A DNA stretch of 64,000 nt from a bacterium (GTDB lineage Bacteria; Electryoneota; Electryoneia; Electryoneales; Electryoneaceae), in assembly GCA_020444265.1 (NCBI GenBank), contig JAHLLH010000008.1:58945-122944 (forward strand). The letters are read 5' to 3'. Position numbers and translations under genes: made by a program. Within the stretch, counting starts at the first letter, position 1, and the number at the start of each line of letters is the position of its first letter. The notes beneath the pieces were generated by a model, which was given only the letters and a program-made list of their open reading frames with translations, had not been told where the DNA came from and did not search any database. Shown here piece by piece: positions 44,825 to 53,925 of this stretch.

Positions 44825-46768
44825 ATGATGATTCGAACTGAGAGTAAACGATTCCTTCCCGTGATTCTGGGAAGCTTGATCCTTACTGCCGGGCTTGCGA
44901 CTGCGGCCTTCTCACAGACCAGCACGGTCCGTGAACCTGAAACTACGCCATCGATCGAGGAACAGCGCGAACAACAGCGAGAAGCGTTCCGTCGGGAACG
45001 ACTGCGACGGAACCGGATGTCGACAGCTGCACGACAGCTGGAGACCCGCGGAAACAATGAATCTGCTCTCAAACTCTACCGCGACCTGTACGAACTCGAC
45101 CCGAACCGTCATGATTACTTCGAAGGGATGATCCGCAACCTGGTGGCGTTAACCCGCTTCGACGAAGCAGTATCGTTGCTGGAAGAACAAATCCAAAATC
45201 CCACCGGCCTACGGAATGAGGCGAACCTCTACGCCCAGCTCGGATCGGTATATCATCAGGCGGGGCAGGACGATCAGGCCAAACTCACCTGGCAAAAAGC
45301 GATCCAGACGACCCCCGGATCGACGATTGGTTACCAGACCGTCGCATCGTCCATGATCCGTCTCCGCTTACTCGACAGGGCAGAGGAGGTGTTGCGCAGA
45401 GGACGCTCTGAGCTTGGCGATTCGACACTTTTCTCCGTCAACCTCGCCACCCTGTTGCAGGCAAGGATGGAGTGGGAAGGGGCGGCCAGAGAATACCTGA
45501 CCTCGTTGCAGACCTCTCAAAATCGAGTGTCCTACATCGAACGTGCCATTGCGGGTTTTCCAGACACTCCCGAATCCCGTGAGGCAGTCGAAGCTGTTCT
45601 GCGTGATGAGATTGAACGGGTCGAAGATGTTGGTGACCCCTGGGAAGGGTATGGCAATGAATTACTCCAGCTCCTGGCCGGCCACTACACCTCTAATGCG
45701 GACTATGACAAAGCGCTGGATGTAATCGTGCCGATCGATGAAGCCTCCCCGAATCCCGGTTATCGCTTACTCGATTTTGCGGGGGAAGCATCGCGTGAAG
45801 GTTTCCCGACAGTTGCCCGGCATGCGCTCGAACTGGCAGCGGAACGGTTTGAGGATCCGGAGGGGACGGCTGTCGCGAACCTGACGCTGGCAAGGATTGC
45901 ACACGGGGAGGGGGATGGTCCGCTGGCGGATTCCCTGTTGACGACCCTGTTGGAAAAACCTGTTTCTCCTCGCGTGGAACGGGCTGCTCGCTACCAGCGT
46001 GGCATCGCTCGTCTTGACCTGCTGAATGATCCCGCTGGTGCGGCGAAGGATTTCCAATCGCTGCTGGTCGTGCCCGATCCCTCAACCAACGAACGACTAC
46101 GCTACCTGCTGGCTTTCAGCCTTGCCAGTATGGATAGCCTCGAGATGGCGCTTGGGCAACTGGGCGAAGTAGGAGAGCAAATCGCCTCCAAGACCCAGCC
46201 CCCGCCCCTGCCGGGCCGTGAGGATGCATGGGTGCTCGAGGAAGCTGATGCGGCTTTTCTCGAGGCACGCATTGCCTTGTGGCTGGGACGTCCTGCAACA
46301 GCGGCGGAACGGATCGAAGAGATTTTTGCGCCGCCGACCGGGTCGAACTCGGAAAACGAGGCCCTCGATCTATTGCACATCGTCTCTACCACGCAGGACA
46401 GTCTTGCATTGATTGATTTCGGTAAAGCGGATCGTGCCGCCTTCCAGGGGGCCGATGCCATCGCCATCGCGATCTATGACACTCTCGCGAATGCTGGCGA
46501 TACGTACATCAACAAGGAATCCGCCTGGCGAGCCGCACGGATCCGTTTCGAATCCACGCGGGATAGTTCGCTTATTCACTATGCCGGTCTCTATCCCGAT
46601 GCTCCCCATGCCGAGGATGCCCTCTTCCAGACGGCACTGGCGTGGCGGGATGCGGGACGAACGAACGAAGCACAGTCCACCTTCGAGGAATTGCTGATCC
46701 GTTACCCGGATGGCATCCTCGCAGCCGAAGCACGGCTGTTGCTCGATGAGATTACGCTTCTTCCCTGA
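44825..46768 (+). CDS. Secreted TPR-repeat protein
   Basis: Signal peptide, then recurring 34-residue A/L/Y-rich helical pairs (ALKLYRDLYELDPN, LYAQLGSVYHQAGQDDQAKLTWQKAIQ, AEDALFQTALAWRDAGRTNEAQSTFEELLIRYPD). Confidence 0.7.
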   Translation: MMIRTESKRFLPVILGSLILTAGLATAAFSQTSTVREPETTPSIEEQREQQREAFRRERLRRNRMSTAARQLETRGNNESALKLYRDLYELDPNRHDYFEGMIRNLVALTRFDEAVSLLEEQIQNPTGLRNEANLYAQLGSVYHQAGQDDQAKLTWQKAIQTTPGSTIGYQTVASSMIRLRLLDRAEEVLRRGRSELGDSTLFSVNLATLLQARMEWEGAAREYLTSLQTSQNRVSYIERAIAGFPDTPESREAVEAVLRDEIERVEDVGDPWEGYGNELLQLLAGHYTSNADYDKALDVIVPIDEASPNPGYRLLDFAGEASREGFPTVARHALELAAERFEDPEGTAVANLTLARIAHGEGDGPLADSLLTTLLEKPVSPRVERAARYQRGIARLDLLNDPAGAAKDFQSLLVVPDPSTNERLRYLLAFSLASMDSLEMALGQLGEVGEQIASKTQPPPLPGREDAWVLEEADAAFLEARIALWLGRPATAAERIEEIFAPPTGSNSENEALDLLHIVSTTQDSLALIDFGKADRAAFQGADAIAIAIYDTLANAGDTYINKESAWRAARIRFESTRDSSLIHYAGLYPDAPHAEDALFQTALAWRDAGRTNEAQSTFEELLIRYPDGILAAEARLLLDEITLLP

Positions 46769-47088
46769 AATTGACTGGATGGATCGCACGATTGCGATTC
46801 CCAAGTCCACACGCGTCGCGGATAACCGCTGCGGGCTGAGTCTGCTCTACCGCACGATAGGCGGGCAGGTGCGAAAGTGACTGGCATCGACTTTTTCGGT
46901 CGAGCCATCGACTGTGCACGCAACCAGGCGAAACAAGCTGATAGTCATCCGAAGATTTAATCCAGATGGCATCGGACAATGCATTGAAGAATGAACTTTG
47001 CACCAGATTCGAATTGAATTCAACGCACGGTTTCTCCATATTACATCATTGGTGCGAATAGGTTCATACTGAATTTAGCGAGGTAATA

Positions 47089-47805
47089 ATGAAGACGTTC
47101 TCAGCTATACTATTGCTTTCCTTTCTGCTCACCAGCATTTTTTTCTCGTCCGGTTGCGAAGTTGAAACAGAACGGCAGCGGCTCAATGTCATTGCCTCGC
47201 GTACAATCGAAAGTTTACAAGAAAATGTTGCTGACTCAATCCGTGTGACGATAGAAGAATATGTTGAACATGAGACCTTGAAGACTGATGTTACGGAGCC
47301 AGGGAATACCAGTGATTATGTCTACAACGGATTCGTAACCTACGATGGTCTGGAATTGACACCCCCGAACCCAGGTAGCGACGAGTGGACTCTGGTGTCT
47401 GATGAACCACTTTTTTTTGCAGGGCAACCCGGTAGTATCACAACGGATACGCCTGATAGACCGTCGATTACCTACTCATTTACCCATCCAACCTGGATTG
47501 ACTCTCTGGACGCATTGCCTGATTCTGTTGCACGGGGTGATGAAATTGAATACGCAATTCGCAGCTCGGATCCTGTGACGATCCTTCTCATCCTCGATGA
47601 ACTGGAAACCGAGCTGTTCGAAGGCCGGGGTCGTGTAGCTGGTCAATCGATAATCTTCAGAGTGCCCGAAAGCTTTCATGGTGATATGTTGATTTTACTG
47701 CTTCAATGCACAGGGTCGCTGGCAGTTAACCATCGTGATGAATCCATGGGGATGACGTACAATCTCACCATCCGTGATACCGTTCGAGTTGTTGATCCTG
47801 AATAA
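47089..47805 (+). CDS. Hypothetical lipoprotein in a visibly AT-richer patch
   Basis: MKTFSAILLLSFLLTSIFFSSGCE (lipobox), with GAGG upstream. No family recognised. Confidence 0.6.
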   Translation: MKTFSAILLLSFLLTSIFFSSGCEVETERQRLNVIASRTIESLQENVADSIRVTIEEYVEHETLKTDVTEPGNTSDYVYNGFVTYDGLELTPPNPGSDEWTLVSDEPLFFAGQPGSITTDTPDRPSITYSFTHPTWIDSLDALPDSVARGDEIEYAIRSSDPVTILLILDELETELFEGRGRVAGQSIIFRVPESFHGDMLILLLQCTGSLAVNHRDESMGMTYNLTIRDTVRVVDPE

Positions 47806-47938
47806 TTTTTCACAGGCTCCTGAATAGAGATAAACCCCAATAGCGGACTCCCATCAAGAACGGCCGAGATTGTGCTCTCCTTCACATGGTCTGTTTTTAG
47901 ATTATTCCCTTTAGGAACAGATAGTAGAAGAGAGAGGA

Positions 47939-47980
47939 GGAGGCGGGAAAACCCGTCTCCTGAATGGTTTCTTTTTCTTG
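47939..47980 (+). terminator. Possible intrinsic terminator
   Basis: GGAGGCGGG-aaaa-CCCGTCTCC (one G-U pair) with TTTCTTTTTCTT starting 9 nt downstream. The spacing to the T-tract is suboptimal. Confidence 0.35.
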
Positions 47981-48114
47981 TCCCCCTCTTTCGAGTACCG
48001 TACATTTCAGCGTGCCGTCCGGGGGGAACCGGGTCGAAATTGGACCCCGCTCCGACGGCCTTTTCTGCATCTTGACGAAACGTTTAGCGTACCTAAACAG
48101 GTTGGTACAGGGTC

Positions 48115-49674
48115 ATGGACTCGATTGAACAAAAGCTGAAACTGCTTCAGCAGCTGCGTGAACAAGCACGCATGGGTGGCGGTGAAAAACGCATCGAAAC
48201 CCAGCATCAGAAGGGTAAATACACCGCCCGTGAACGCATCATGCGTCTCCTCGACGAAGGCAGTTTCGAGGAGTTTGACATGTTTGTAACGCACCGTCAG
48301 ACGGAATTTGGCCTTGACAAGGAGGTCTTCCTTAGTGATGGTGTTGTGACGGGTCACGGCACCATCCACGGTCGCCAGGTAATGATCTTTTCTCAGGACT
48401 TCACCGTCCTCGGCGGATCGTTAGGCGAAATGTTCGCTAAAAAAATCTGCAAGATCATGGACTACGCGACCAAGGTCGGTGTTCCGGTGATAGGGTTGAA
48501 CGATTCCGGCGGTGCGCGTATCCAGGAAGGCGTCATGTCGCTCGGCGGCTACGCGGATATTTTCCTGCGCAACGTGATGGCATCTGGCGTAGTGCCTCAG
48601 ATTTCCGCCATCCTTGGCCCCTGTGCCGGCGGTGCAGTATACAGCCCGGCGTTGACCGACTTTACCATCATGACCAAGGGGACGAGCTACATGTTCGTGA
48701 CTGGTCCGAAGGTGGTGAAGACAGTGACCCATGAAGATGTGTCGGTCGAACAGCTGGGTGGTGCGGATGTCCACGCGACCAAGAGCGGTGTCACCCATTT
48801 TGTTGCACAGAGCGAGGATGAAACGTTCGAGCTGATCAGGAAGCTGATCACCTTCATGCCGCAGAACAACATGGAAGAGGCGCCGATCGTTGCCAGCAAT
48901 GATCCCGTCGACCGGGTCGAGGACGACCTCAACTACATCGTCCCGACCGATCCGAACATGCCCTACGACATGCGTCAGGTGATTGAGCTGGTGGTGGACA
49001 ACAACGATTTCCTCGAAGTCCGCCGTCAGTGGGCCGCCAATATTATCACTGGATTTGGCCGATTTAACGGCCGCTCGGTGGGTATTGTTGCCAACCAGCC
49101 GAGTGTGCTGGCGGGTGTTCTCGACAACAAAGCTTCGCGTAAAGCGGGTGCGTTTGTCCGTTTCTGCAACGCATTCAACATTCCTGTGGTCACCTTCGTG
49201 GATGTACCGGGCTTCATGCCGGGAACGGTGCAGGAATATGAGGGGATCATCCTCAACGGCGCGAAGCTGCTGTATGCGTTCGCCGAGTGCACGGTTCCGA
49301 AGATCACCATCATTACACGTAAGGCTTATGGCGGCGCGTACGATGTCATGTCGTCCAAGCATCTGCGTGGCGACCTGAACTATGCGTGGCCAACTGCAGA
49401 AATCGCGGTGATGGGCCCGAGTGGTGCGGTGGAAGTGTTGTACAGCAAAGAGTTGCGAGCCCTTGAAGGGGAAGAGAAGGCGAAATTCATCGCGGAGAAG
49501 GAAGAGGAATACCGTGTCAAATTCGCCAATCCTTACAACGCTGCTCGTGCCGGCTTTATAGATGATGTGATTGAGCCCCGTAACACACGGTTCCGGATCA
49601 TTCGTGGCCTCGAATCGTTGGTCGGGAAACGTGACAACAACCCGTTGAAGAAGATCGGCCTGGTGCCGCTATAA
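48115..49674 (+). CDS. mmdA: Methylmalonyl-CoA decarboxylase alpha subunit (acyl-CoA carboxyltransferase, PccB-like)
   Basis: 519 aa. [37 protein letters not shown] and a duplicated crotonase-like CT fold. The operon context includes OadG-like, biotin carrier and OadB-like genes. Confidence 0.85.
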   Translation: MDSIEQKLKLLQQLREQARMGGGEKRIETQHQKGKYTARERIMRLLDEGSFEEFDMFVTHRQTEFGLDKEVFLSDGVVTGHGTIHGRQVMIFSQDFTVLGGSLGEMFAKKICKIMDYATKVGVPVIGLNDSGGARIQEGVMSLGGYADIFLRNVMASGVVPQISAILGPCAGGAVYSPALTDFTIMTKGTSYMFVTGPKVVKTVTHEDVSVEQLGGADVHATKSGVTHFVAQSEDETFELIRKLITFMPQNNMEEAPIVASNDPVDRVEDDLNYIVPTDPNMPYDMRQVIELVVDNNDFLEVRRQWAANIITGFGRFNGRSVGIVANQPSVLAGVLDNKASRKAGAFVRFCNAFNIPVVTFVDVPGFMPGTVQEYEGIILNGAKLLYAFAECTVPKITIITRKAYGGAYDVMSSKHLRGDLNYAWPTAEIAVMGPSGAVEVLYSKELRALEGEEKAKFIAEKEEEYRVKFANPYNAARAGFIDDVIEPRNTRFRIIRGLESLVGKRDNNPLKKIGLVPL

Positions 49675-49682
49675 GGGGCACA

Positions 49683-49895
49683 CAGACAGTCTGACAACCA
49701 CAGGCGAGCGACACGTGTTCTTTTTCGGAGCAAGATGGTTCGTGGACCTGGGATGGATCACCATCAGACTGTCTGGAAAGAGTAGGCGTGATGTCTACTC
49801 CAGACAGTTTATTCACAGGCAAAAAGCGAAGGATGTCTGGAAACGGGCTCGAGTTGACCTGTGAAGGAACTTGTTGGCGACTTTAAACTGTCTGG
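49683..49895 (+). repeat. Reiterated TGTCTGG/CCAGACA motif and a hairpin in the mmdA-delta spacer
   Basis: CAGACAGTCTG (49683-49693), CAGACTGTCTGG (49765-49776), CCAGACAGT (49800-49808), ATGTCTGG (49833-49840), CTGTCTGGG (49888-49896). 49768-49776 pairs with 49800-49808 (9 bp, 23-nt loop). Confidence 0.6.
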
Positions 49896-49954
49896 GACCA
49901 ACGGGATTTACTCAAGTAAACCAAGTTGAATCCCCCAACCTTGGGGAGTTGCAT

Positions 49955-50377
49955 ATGTACGGATGGGCTGGAATTGAGCAGGGAGGTGGCCTGAAGCTGA
50001 TGATCGTAGGCATGATCGTCGTGTTCGCCGCACTCCTCCTGCTGATGGTCATCATGATCTTGCTCAAGCGTTACCAGGAGTGGATCCATTTACGTGTCCA
50101 GCGTAAACAGCGCAGCCTGGAAGCCCTGGAGAACCTTCGGGTTGAATCCCAGGAGGAGATTCCGGGGACGGTGATTGCCGCAATTGCCCTGACCCTCATT
50201 TTCGAGGATGATCAGGTGCATGACGACGAAGCGCTGGTGTTGACGTTGCGCAGTCTGCGGACACCGTATCCAAACTGGTGGCAGAACAGGATTGACCACA
50301 ATTGGACGTCCGCGATCACACCTTCACGTGCAAAAGCGCTTACGATTGTGGACCCGATACGTGGTAAACAGGTTTGA
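49955..50377 (+). CDS. Na+-pump decarboxylase small membrane subunit (OadG/MmdD-like)
   Basis: ATG 49955 (GGGGAG upstream). A single N-terminal TM, LKLMIVGMIVVFAALLLLMVIMILL, as in OadG-family subunits. The ORF-track start 49871 adds 28 aa. Confidence 0.65.
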   Translation: MYGWAGIEQGGGLKLMIVGMIVVFAALLLLMVIMILLKRYQEWIHLRVQRKQRSLEALENLRVESQEEIPGTVIAAIALTLIFEDDQVHDDEALVLTLRSLRTPYPNWWQNRIDHNWTSAITPSRAKALTIVDPIRGKQV

Positions 50378-50447
50378 TGTGAACTGCCGACATCAACGGC
50401 AGCCATTGGATTTTTAACCTCGCCGGACGATCCGGCAAGGGGACAGG

Positions 50448-50894
50448 ATGAACATCTACAAGTTCAAGATTTACGGTCACGAGTACGAGACGAAGGTGGT
50501 TCGTCGCGAGGATGACGAGATTGTCATCTCGGTAAATGGGCAGGAGTACAAGGCCTACATCGAACCGACACGTCGTCAGACCCTCGCCAAGGCCACGCCA
50601 AAGCTGGAACGGCCAAAAGTGGTGCACTCCTCGGACGATACCAAGAAAACGGCAGCACCATCCGAAGCAAAGGGTGCTGGCTCAATCAAGGCACCGTTGC
50701 CTGGCCTTGTGTTGAAGGTGATGGTCAAGGAAGGCGATACGGTCAAGAGCGGACAGCAGCTGCTCATCATGGAAGCGATGAAAATGCAGAACAGCATCGC
50801 CTCGACAACCGATGGTGTTGTTGCCAGCATCGCGGTCAGCGAAGGCGCATCGGTCCTCGAAGGGCAGGAACTGGTCACGATCAACCCGGCGTAA
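50448..50894 (+). CDS. mmdC: Biotin carboxyl carrier subunit of the decarboxylase
   Basis: C-terminal biotinyl domain APLPGLVLKVMVKEGDTVKSGQQLLIMEAMKMQNSI (AMKM biotin-lysine motif). Confidence 0.85.
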   Translation: MNIYKFKIYGHEYETKVVRREDDEIVISVNGQEYKAYIEPTRRQTLAKATPKLERPKVVHSSDDTKKTAAPSEAKGAGSIKAPLPGLVLKVMVKEGDTVKSGQQLLIMEAMKMQNSIASTTDGVVASIAVSEGASVLEGQELVTINPA

Positions 50895-50977
50895 CGATTC
50901 GGACCACTCAAAGAGTGGAGCTGGGTCTGTTGTGCAGGTGAGGGGCAGGTCAACCTTCACGGTACTTGGGACAAGGC

Positions 50978-52126
50978 ATGGAACATCTCTTCGAACAGTT
51001 CATCAGTTATACCGGGTTCGCTCAGCCGGGAGCTTGGAAGAACCTGATCATGATTGTGGTCGGGTGCATCTTCATCTACCTGGCCGTCAAGAAGGATTAT
51101 GAACCCCTGCTACTCGTTCCGATCGGGTTCGGTATTCTGCTCGGGAACATCCCCTTCCCGCTCGATGCGAATTTACGGATCGGGATTTACGAGCCCGGTT
51201 CGGTGATGAACTACCTCTATTTCGGTGTACAGCAGGGGATCTATCCTCCCCTGATTTTCCTGGGAATCGGGGCAATAACGGACTTTTCGGCATTGCTTTC
51301 CAATCCAAAACTCGTACTGTTGGGTGGTGCGGCACAGATTGGTATTTTTATTACCCTGCTGGGTGCACTGGCACTCGGATTCAGCCCGCAGGAAGCGGCA
51401 GCAATTGGCATCATCGGTGGTGCGGACGGCCCAACAGCCATCTTTATCTCCGGTAAACTGGCCCCTCACTTGATGGGTGCTATCGCGATTGCGGCTTACT
51501 CCTACATGGCGCTGGTGCCGGTTATTCAGCCACCGATAATGCGTCTGATGACCACAAAGAAGGAACGGCTCATACGGATGAAGCCGAGCCGTTCTGTGCC
51601 GAAAAGCGAAAAGGTCATTTTCCCGATCATCTCGCTACTCGCGATCCTCTTTATCGCGCCCGGTGCGCTGCCGCTTCTAGGTATGCTGTTCTTCGGCAAC
51701 CTGCTGAAAGAATCGGGTGTGACAGATCGTCTCGCGAAAACGGCAGGGACAGCTCTGATCGACATCGTGGTTATTCTATTGGGTGTTACGGTTGGTGCGT
51801 CAACCCAGGCGGATGTATTCCTGACTCCGCAGTCGCTCTACATCTTCACCCTCGGCGCGGCGAGCTTCTGTGTTGCAACTGCGGGTGGACTGCTGGCGGC
51901 GAAGTTGATGAATCTCTTCCTCTCTGAGGATAAAAAGATCAACCCGTTGATCGGCGCGGCAGGTGTTAGTGCGGTGCCGGACAGCGCACGAGTTGTGCAG
52001 ATGATCGGTCGCCAGTATGAACCGGACAACTACCTTCTGATGCACGCAATGGGTCCGAATGTCGCTGGCGTGATCGGGTCCGCAACCGCTGCTGGTGTTT
52101 TGTTGGCCTATTTCCTCGGTGCATGA
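50978..52126 (+). CDS. mmdB: Na+-translocating decarboxylase beta subunit (OadB/MmdB/GcdB family)
   Basis: Polytopic. IIGGADGPTAIF, FGNLLKESGV and GAAGVSAVP are blocks conserved in OadB-type subunits. ATG 50978 is preferred over TTG 50966. Confidence 0.88.
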   Translation: MEHLFEQFISYTGFAQPGAWKNLIMIVVGCIFIYLAVKKDYEPLLLVPIGFGILLGNIPFPLDANLRIGIYEPGSVMNYLYFGVQQGIYPPLIFLGIGAITDFSALLSNPKLVLLGGAAQIGIFITLLGALALGFSPQEAAAIGIIGGADGPTAIFISGKLAPHLMGAIAIAAYSYMALVPVIQPPIMRLMTTKKERLIRMKPSRSVPKSEKVIFPIISLLAILFIAPGALPLLGMLFFGNLLKESGVTDRLAKTAGTALIDIVVILLGVTVGASTQADVFLTPQSLYIFTLGAASFCVATAGGLLAAKLMNLFLSEDKKINPLIGAAGVSAVPDSARVVQMIGRQYEPDNYLLMHAMGPNVAGVIGSATAAGVLLAYFLGA

Positions 52127-52155
52127 TCCAAACCTTTATGAAAGTTGAGACCACT

Positions 52156-52187
52156 GCCCGGGCAATCCAATTGCCCGGGCTTTCTCT
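52156..52187 (+). terminator. Intrinsic terminator of the mmd operon
   Basis: GCCCGGGCAA-tcca-TTGCCCGGGC followed by TTTCTCT, 30 nt after the mmdB stop. Confidence 0.7.
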
Positions 52188-52251
52188 ATGGATTGTCTTT
52201 CCCGTTGTTTCTCAATACCTTCTCTGAATCGTGAATCAACTCGAGTGTGCC

Positions 52252-52941
52252 ATGACCCATCAGGATGTGTTGCGGCGATTGCAGGAGGGGAATCGACGGT
52301 TTGTCGCGGATTCGGCGATTTACCCACGGCTCACCAGCGATCGACGTGAGGAGCTTCGCAGCCAGGGGCAGGACCCGATAGCGACAGTGATTGCGTGCAG
52401 CGACAGCCGTGTCCCGGTTGAGCACATCTTCGACAAGGGGATGGGGGATCTCTTCACTATACGTGTGGCGGGCAATATTGCTGGAAGCACGCAAATCGGG
52501 ACGGTGGAGTTCAGCCTCTCTGCTCTCGGGGTGCCCTTGATTGTGGTTCTCGGCCATGACGATTGCGGTGCCGTCAAGGCTTCGGTCGACGAGGTAGAGG
52601 CGAGCGGGCACCTGCTGCGTCTAATCCGCGTCATCCATCCCGTCACCGAGATGGTCCGTCATGAGTACCCCAATCTCAGTCGCGAGGAGCTGATCCCGCG
52701 TGTGATCAACGAGAATGTCTTCCTGACGATCGAGAGCTTGATAACGGGTAGCAACATGATCGCCGAAGCAGTGAGGAAGAAAAAGGTGCGAATTGTCGGG
52801 GCGGTGTTCGACATTGCGAGTGGAAAGGTGACCTGGATGGGCGATCATCCCGATCAACGTGCTTTCCTCAAACAGAAAAAGCTGCCCCTGAGGTATCGAA
52901 TCGGACGGCATTCATCGGTTGAAGAAGATATTGTGGAGTAG
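52252..52941 (+). CDS. Beta-class carbonic anhydrase
   Basis: IACSDSRVPVEHIFD and VLGHDDCGAVKA (Cys-Asp-Arg ... His-x-x-Cys zinc ligands). A GTG at 52231 is an alternative start. Confidence 0.88.
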   Translation: MTHQDVLRRLQEGNRRFVADSAIYPRLTSDRREELRSQGQDPIATVIACSDSRVPVEHIFDKGMGDLFTIRVAGNIAGSTQIGTVEFSLSALGVPLIVVLGHDDCGAVKASVDEVEASGHLLRLIRVIHPVTEMVRHEYPNLSREELIPRVINENVFLTIESLITGSNMIAEAVRKKKVRIVGAVFDIASGKVTWMGDHPDQRAFLKQKKLPLRYRIGRHSSVEEDIVE

Positions 52942-53031
52942 GAAACGTTGGGTAAAAACCAAGGTGACCCGACTTGTTTGTCAAGTCGGGCCACAGACAT
53001 TCTATTGAAATGAGTCTATCATCTGCACTCG

Positions 53032-53442
53032 CTACGTCAGTTCCCCATGCTCAATTTTGATGCAACGGTCCATCACGACATGCAACCCTGCCTGACGAGC
53101 CTTTTCTGCCGCTTCTTCATTGACCACGCCGAGCTGAAACCAGATGATTTTGGCGCCTTTCTCGATAGCGGCGTCAACCACCGGCCCAACGCTGTCCGGG
53201 TTGAGGAAGACATCGACCACGTCCACCTCACCCTCGATATCAGTGATCGACTCATAGGCTTTTCGCCCGAGGACCTCGTCCGCTTTGGGACGAACCGGCA
53301 CAATCTCATAGCCGTGGTCGATCAGGTACTGGCCGACCTTGTGGCTGTCACGATGCGGCTTGGGCGACAGGCCGACAATCGCGATGCGGCTGTCCGGGTT
53401 GAGCGCTTCACGTATCGTCTTTGGATCGTTAATCGGTCGCAT
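53032..53442 (-). CDS. CoA-binding domain protein (YccU/YneT family)
   Basis: 136 aa. IAIVGLSPKPHRDSHKVGQYLIDHGYEIVPVRP...VDVVDVF...IWFQLGV. Confidence 0.8.
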   Translation of the reverse strand: MRPINDPKTIREALNPDSRIAIVGLSPKPHRDSHKVGQYLIDHGYEIVPVRPKADEVLGRKAYESITDIEGEVDVVDVFLNPDSVGPVVDAAIEKGAKIIWFQLGVVNEEAAEKARQAGLHVVMDRCIKIEHGELT

Positions 53443-53495
53443 GTTGCCCTCATGTTGGTTGTAGAGTTGATACGTTTTAGATGCCAGCTCGTTCC

Positions 53496-53546
53496 CTTAT
53501 TAGTGACAGTTACTAATTAATCTAATTAGTAACTGTCACTAATAAG
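53496..53546. repeat. REPIN: 51-bp perfect palindrome, same family as those flanking the RAYT at 61.9 kb
   Basis: CTTATTAGTGACAGTTACTAATTA-atc-TAATTAGTAACTGTCACTAATAAG. The 24-nt arms are exact reverse complements. The element is AT-rich in a GC-rich spacer. Confidence 0.9.
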
Positions 53547-53565
53547 ACCGTCTCCCATAAGACTC

Positions 53566-53922
53566 TCAGCTGAACGGTGCAAAGGGTGGTGCGACCAGGC
53601 TGATCAGGGAGAAGATGGCGAGGATGATCATCAGGATGCCGAAGCCGATGGTCAGCAGGGAACGTGGGTTGTTGTGGTGTTGCTGCATCTGAAGCTTGAG
53701 CTCGTCTATTTTAAGGCGAACCTCTTTCGCTTCCGGATCGTCCGCCAGATCAAGCTGTTCGGCGCGTGCTATGAGCGCACGAAGCTGGTCACGCCATCGT
53801 TTCGGACGACGTATCACCATCTCGAGAATCAACACGATCCCGAAAGCGAAGAGGATCCCGTTTACCCCGGCGATTACAAGACGCATGATGCTGATGCTAT
53901 CACTCGTCAAACCAACCCCCAA
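53566..53922 (-). CDS. Small membrane protein (2 TM helices flanking a charged helix)
   Basis: 118 aa. VIAGVNGILFAFGIVLILEMVI and LLTIGFGILMIILAIFSLISLV flank RALIARAEQLDLADDPEAKEVRLKIDELKLQ. The start lies 3 nt after the upstream stop. Confidence 0.5.
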   Translation of the reverse strand: MGVGLTSDSISIMRLVIAGVNGILFAFGIVLILEMVIRRPKRWRDQLRALIARAEQLDLADDPEAKEVRLKIDELKLQMQQHHNNPRSLLTIGFGILMIILAIFSLISLVAPPFAPFS

Positions 53923-53925
53923 GAA

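Noticed and set aside
46752-47039. 95-aa minus-strand ORF in the spacer after the TPR gene
   Set aside because: It overlaps the TPR gene's 3' end, has no RBS or signal features, and has a nondescript translation. It cannot be excluded as a small protein, but it is unsupported.
52968-52990. Hairpin CCCGACTTG-tttgt-CAAGTCGGG between the convergent carbonic anhydrase and CoA-binding genes, as a terminator
   Set aside because: The 9-bp stem is plausible, but there is no adjacent T-tract on either strand. It is too weak to call as an intrinsic terminator.
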